Positions 42,401 to 46,172 of a stretch of DNA of 46,172 bases are shown here, piece by piece. This DNA is from Stramenopiles sp. TOSAG23-2 (lineage: Eukaryota), in contig LT649283.1 in assembly GCA_900128395.1 (NCBI GenBank), positions 1-46,172 of the forward strand, written 5' to 3'. The position numbers and the translations under genes were made by a program. The notes below the pieces were generated by a model that was not told the DNA's origin, ran no database searches, and saw only the letters and a program-made list of their open reading frames with translations. Each line of letters opens with the position of its first letter. The stretch's first letter is position 1.

Positions 42401-44205
42401 TATTCAAACACTTCTAATAATTGACTTTCGTATGGCTCCAACGTCCTTACAGCACGTTCTAATGGCTTATCCGGTTTCCACAATGGACTAAATACTGAGC
42501 TGGCGACTGCTGAGCTCATTAAATGGGAAGAGTTTTTATCCCATTCAGCAGCAAATCGTTTTTCAGCATCTGTTAATTTACCAGCTTGTTTCACGCGTTG
42601 CTCTTCTTCTTCTTCCTCATTGTCATCATCAACGAGTTTTAAATCCTTTATCTCATGTACCTTTTCACGTTGCTCTTGATTACGTTGGTATTTTGGTGGA
42701 GAATGTTTAATAAGTTCAGATAATCTTGGCGGCTGTATGATTTCCATCTCATCATCGCTGCTACCATTTCCATCTTCGCTTACTGATCTCATGATTCTAC
42801 CTTTCATTTTCGTATTTTGATTCTTATTTTTGCTATGATTTAAAACTAGAAAATTCTTGCTATTGGTCCTTTTGTTGTTGTTGTTATTGTTATTGTTGCT
42901 AGTAGTACTTGCACCAAATTTATGATACAAACGATGCAATGATGTCGGACTGCGTTTAAAACGCCTTTTTTTGCTCTTCCCCATGATTTGATGTGTTGAC
43001 ATTTTATGCCTATATACTTGTTTCCCCAATTGCCTATTTTCTTCAATAATTAATCTCAATTTTTCATTATATCTAAATAACTCTAAAAAACCACTTAATT
43101 TACTTTCAGCTGTTTTATGTCTTTCATTTAAAAATGGTTTTGAGTACCCTAACATTGCAGCACGCCCCATTACTTCTAGGAATTCAGGAAATTCCATCAA
43201 ATCATGCTCATGCGCCACATGGGTCCAGATACGAAATAATTCCAATTTGGATACAATTGTTTGTGGAATTTTAAAATCATTGAAAACATTTCGTAAACCA
43301 GTTTGTTGTAAAAATAAACGATCATCTATTGTTCTAGATGGTGTAGCATAATAATTATAAATTTTCATCATTGTTGGTGTATTATTGCGTAATATTGTAA
43401 CCAATTTATCATCTAATAAAAATTCAGCACTTGGAAGTGGTTCTAAATGTTCTGAATTTATAATGATATATTTGCTTATTACGTTTTCGACGATACCTGG
43501 CAATGCGTTTGCTTCTTTTTCTTTCGTTACAATATTATTATTTTTTGCATTTTTTGCTTTTACAGTTAAACATATACAACGTAACCAACCTTTAAATGAT
43601 AATTGTGTTGAACGTTGTCGTTTAGATAAAAACTGATTATTATTATTATCATCGATTTCGCCCATATTATTGGTATTACTATTAGTTGGTGATCGAATAC
43701 TATTGCGTGGACTTTTATTGTTATTACTGCTAGTTCCTCTATTACTATATTTGTTTTCCTGTTGTACATCTTTTTTCAATGCTTCTTTAAATAATACTTG
43801 TATTTGTGCCAATGGATATTTTGTCGGCAAATATTGCGACTCTCGTATGAATTTAGCGTAATTGGACAGTTTCATCGATGTCAAATTGTACGAATCGCCA
43901 TAGCTTGAGTAATATTGAAATATTTGTGTTAACTGTTCCAAATAATCACTATTGCATAACGCTTCAACTATATCATCCACTGGATCGTTTTCTACTTCTT
44001 TTTCTAAATGTACATCTGTTATAAAATTTTGCTTCTTGATTTCATCTTCGCCAACAGGGTGATCTGTTGGCGATCGTCTACCTTTATTGAGTACTGCCAT
44101 AGATAAACGGCGCGCAACGTGTTTTGCGGATAATACTTGTGACATCCGTCTAGCTGATTTTTGAAATTTTCTTAAAGGCGAGTTTGCTTTTGGTGAGGAC
44201 GACAT
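39463..44205 (-). CDS. Large EF-hand protein with repeated p25alpha/EF-like helical modules (1580 aa)
   Basis: Canonical EF-hand pair DTDGSGTILIDEF / DPDDNGFITYGEF; four L..[IV]F.Y[YF] modules, two ending E...R..[ML]L.[YF]SKP[FY]L; basic Ser-rich tail. Confidence 0.88.
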   Translation of the reverse strand: MSSSPKANSPLRKFQKSARRMSQVLSAKHVARRLSMAVLNKGRRSPTDHPVGEDEIKKQNFITDVHLEKEVENDPVDDIVEALCNSDYLEQLTQIFQYYSSYGDSYNLTSMKLSNYAKFIRESQYLPTKYPLAQIQVLFKEALKKDVQQENKYSNRGTSSNNNKSPRNSIRSPTNSNTNNMGEIDDNNNNQFLSKRQRSTQLSFKGWLRCICLTVKAKNAKNNNIVTKEKEANALPGIVENVISKYIIINSEHLEPLPSAEFLLDDKLVTILRNNTPTMMKIYNYYATPSRTIDDRLFLQQTGLRNVFNDFKIPQTIVSKLELFRIWTHVAHEHDLMEFPEFLEVMGRAAMLGYSKPFLNERHKTAESKLSGFLELFRYNEKLRLIIEENRQLGKQVYRHKMSTHQIMGKSKKRRFKRSPTSLHRLYHKFGASTTSNNNNNNNNKRTNSKNFLVLNHSKNKNQNTKMKGRIMRSVSEDGNGSSDDEMEIIQPPRLSELIKHSPPKYQRNQEQREKVHEIKDLKLVDDDNEEEEEEQRVKQAGKLTDAEKRFAAEWDKNSSHLMSSAVASSVFSPLWKPDKPLERAVRTLEPYESQLLEVFEYYCFLNNRHKLNFNRLDSFNWMKLLRDSKLMREGNDSYNGDEMEEEMHDLWISRAEADVIYVDLSTMEKPHGWINFDRCKLGLARVAHILEHRVGPGGLRHHKINEDRFNILNKKEKRLHDYPQIKSPIKKQFASPIQPRRASVHLTWQPTSPRKEDLKKKHILKKVTTESEADRAERLLDLIEDEEDSMSYIHMNQNYREQILDLADSLLIMVEQHVLKYASRVSCFGYGHDEADAAMEQLNEEQVVAVLKEQEMTLQRIFTYFSTRRHEKKPFWTPGEDRTKAISYVELEEITHNFNLTPSILTRSEIFMCFRASRRNPIEAPDLLTYSEWVECFARMGLLAFSKPYLKKTHPLPEHRVHGFFGWLKASEGMNEIENLEWSRGHGYTGLKMTKAFLDGEEVCRKSKVTTNVKDIAEAHDLISHFNMTMSKIREHADKTRNSLGKLNLKKEFQEIDTDGSGTILIDEFVNFVHKLCREEGGSGSPITDDEIASLFRILDPDDNGFITYGEFTYQFYNRRSTVKKLRSDSIISSSSLSPTNLNQKFIAEEKETKSKNQKGTNDEDETNRRASSPKTGTARLNSVIQPFRPVKYTYEELFDIKNRLKIACKSWIGDTFADFPSLMMAKNSTAITLEEFQIGIDKISQGTDFNGRLTNEDVLAIYHLLTRDKTVDLSITNVIDFLEATDLMRFGVEKSSKKGNGKGEIEVKPFRKNTTKPTVASKHQRHPRRNDIIPVKRVAFDNDRIAEPPTMEEILGVLTDEDKRKSPIHNSRRPLSNGKAVTKKQNSSTKGNGTPSNQWVRKTSKNKSSPFSPYSSDNHSASAASIIERQTKVAAPKLFVRSPGEAKYLKRMRDAAKERQRVSKLTSMRNSSPVKERKQKPKTSKIWRNIEKRGSFFGMYKGKVKGSTSNSSDIANGGKVVKTIKGGSSTNSHSNDTKQVSNGNRVNVARATTTSSANKKKKKTPKPKSPGTVRRFQF

Positions 44206-44822
44206 GGTGATTCTATTGTTAATAAATACAAGTTATATATAAAACTCTATAATACTCTAATAGATATGTGGTGTACGAAAGAGAGAAAAAAATTAGAAAA
44301 CGATATATGTATACACTATACAATATAGAATGTCAATATGTTGTATTAAATGGTTTTAATGTTTATGTTTGTGTGTATATATAGTATTTAACATATAGTA
44401 TTTAAAAATATAAAAGAAAAGATGTAATTATTTATTATTGCATATATTACATATATTAATAATAATATATCTATCTAAATAATATATATTATTTATTAGT
44501 AGCATTATAATACCTACTACTATTATTAATATGTTTATTATGTTGATGTAGTAGCCGTATATGTTGTTATTATATTTTTAAACTTATTTTTATTTAAACT
44601 TAATCATCTTAGTTGCATTAACCTACATTACTATATAAATAGCACTATTAAAATATAATAATTACAACAACATTGTGGTGAAGTGGTGAAGAAGTGTGAA
44701 GCTAAAGTCTGAAAGGAATTGCCTTCTGGCCTTCCAGCCTTGATAGAGCAGAGAGAAGCTCGATAGAGATTTGCACATCATTTGCACATTTTAATTTGCA
44801 CGTCTAAATGCACGATACGTTT

Positions 44823-45018
44823 ACACCGCTATCCTATGCTAATAAAATTAAGTACGGTTCGTGCCATTATTCCCCCTATCATTTTTTGATCAAAATCAAT
44901 AGTGAGTAGTTATAAAAATTAACATTGACACAGCATATGTATAGTACTAGGGGGAATAATGGTACGAACCGTACTTGACTATACCAATTAATTTTATTAG
45001 CATAGGGATAGCAGGTGT
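44823..45018. mobile_element. MITE-like / foldback non-autonomous element (~196 bp)
   Basis: Left arm 44823-44878 and right arm 44948-45018 are near-perfect reverse complements (about 55 bp; the right arm has an ~11-nt insertion). No coding capacity. Confidence 0.65.
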
Positions 45019-45338
45019 GCAATCAAGGATTTTCCCGTCAGTCTGTCTTTCTTGTTTTTGGAGGGATAAGAACCGACGTGATAGGTGATGCATAGTAGGT
45101 CTATTATATACTAATTATAATAATTTTTTTTATTTTTTCTGAAAAATTATTAAATACGAAAAATATATTTTTAAATCATATCTCTCTCTTTACAAAACAA
45201 AGATTATTTCTCTGTATATCGCATTTTATATACCATAACTTCCTATTTCCTTTGTATAACATTATATGAGTATTTATCATATACATACCCATTAATTAAT
45301 ATTTATATATATATATTATATATATATATATATACAAA

Positions 45339-45887
45339 TTATTTTTTTGATTGTTTAGTAAAAAAACGTTTTGATGTGATACCTTTGAAAAATGTTTCCG
45401 TAATCATAACTCCATCATCATCAAAATACATTTTAATTACTATACCTGGAAATTTACCTTCAACTATTTCACGTCTCATTGTTTTCCCATCATCAATCCA
45501 TGTAAATTTCATTTTACTTTCATCGCCTTGCCCACTCACGACAGTTTGTTCCGTACCATCAATAGTAACATTATTTGTAAATGTTTTCATGCCAATAGTT
45601 TCCCATTCAAATTCTGGATCAGTATGTGTAATATTTAATTTTGCTTTATTGACACCATAACCAAATGCCCAAGCTGCATTTCGCATAACCATTCCAACAC
45701 CAACTGATTTTAAAAATTCACCCGTATTCTCTTCACCAGTGCACTGTGTGTTTGATGTATACATGTTAGTTCGAGATGTTTTTATATATTATTTTAATTT
45801 CCTTTTATTTTTATTTTTAGTGTCGGGAAGAATGATGTGAGAAATGATACTTACTAAATATTGTCCTGTAAAATCAACTGCAGCCAT
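45339..45887 (-). CDS. Fatty-acid-binding protein (FABP/calycin family); 2 exons (45887-45855, 45743-45339), 145 aa
   Basis: The spliced N-terminus MAAVDFTGQYL|CTGEENTGEFLKSVGVGMVMR matches the FABP pattern F.G.[WY]....EN..E[FY]L...GV....R. Beta-strand body ends in SKRFF. Confidence 0.85.
45744..45854 (-). other. Spliceosomal intron (111 nt)
   Basis: GTAAGT donor at 45854, ACTAAC branch, CACACAG acceptor ending at 45744; phase 0. Confidence 0.88.
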
Positions 45888-46172
45888 CGTATAGTTACTA
45901 TGTCGAATAGTATTTTTTTTTTCAATAATGTATCACAATATAATTTGTCAATGATCTATCTATCTATCAATACATCTATCTATATATATATATATATATA
46001 TGTATTGTCTACACGTATAGCTTCTCTGACATGATTGTACATTGAACATATAATAATAATCTTGGATAGGACGTAGATTTTATACATATTTAAGGTTGTT
46101 TGCATCGATGAAAAAAGCAAAAAGAAAAGAGGTGACTCTTAGTGGTAAGCCCATGTAATTTCCATACGATAC

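Noticed and set aside
482..45660. Numerous short ORFs antisense to or out of frame within the real genes (e.g. 482..736, 5308..5583, 13664..14098, 33732..33977, 39524..39946, 45376..45660)
   Set aside because: Shadow frames of well-supported genes, with no domains; many start at non-ATG codons.
1..46172. Alternative genetic code or stop-codon readthrough explaining split ORFs
   Set aside because: Splits in conserved genes are all resolved by canonical GT-AG introns, and TAA, TAG and TGA each end conserved proteins at the expected positions.
1..46172. tRNA, rRNA or snRNA genes
   Set aside because: No cloverleaf with A/B boxes or conserved rRNA/snRNA motifs recognised by eye. tRNAscan-SE or Infernal would be needed to exclude them formally.

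Overview
This is gene-dense, very AT-rich eukaryotic nuclear DNA from a unicellular protist. A flagellated stramenopile-like lineage is plausible, but the taxon cannot be fixed from this window. The code is standard (TAA, TAG and TGA all terminate genes), and TA/AAT/AGT microsatellites and poly-Asn/Ser/Thr tracts are abundant. I support about 20 protein genes. Six short GT-AG introns, each with a CTAAC branch site, join several split ORFs. Recognisable products are a PfkB kinase, NIPSNAP, M1 aminopeptidase, secreted bacterial-type cyclophilin, TLC protein, GST-zeta, SLC35A transporter, DNAJC9-like, CHZ-motif histone chaperone, mitochondrial carrier, glycogenin-like GT8, FLVCR-like MFS, FABP, and large ARM and EF-hand proteins, plus several secreted orphans. 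Five items stand out. (1) At 23.8-25.2 kb, a tandem-WH2 (actin-binding) gene has its 5' half inverted between inverted repeats, and flipping it back rebuilds one reading direction. (2) A spliced, secreted 1124-aa fusion joins a PUFA-isomerase-like flavoenzyme, two ABM-like barrels and a YHS-type domain. (3) A ~196-bp MITE-like foldback element lies at 44.8-45.0 kb. (4) The introns have A/C-rich 3' ends instead of polypyrimidine tracts, and one intron is anomalously GC-rich. (5) The cyclophilin looks horizontally acquired. No rRNA, tRNA or CRISPR array was seen. Family assignments come from recalled motifs, not from database searches.
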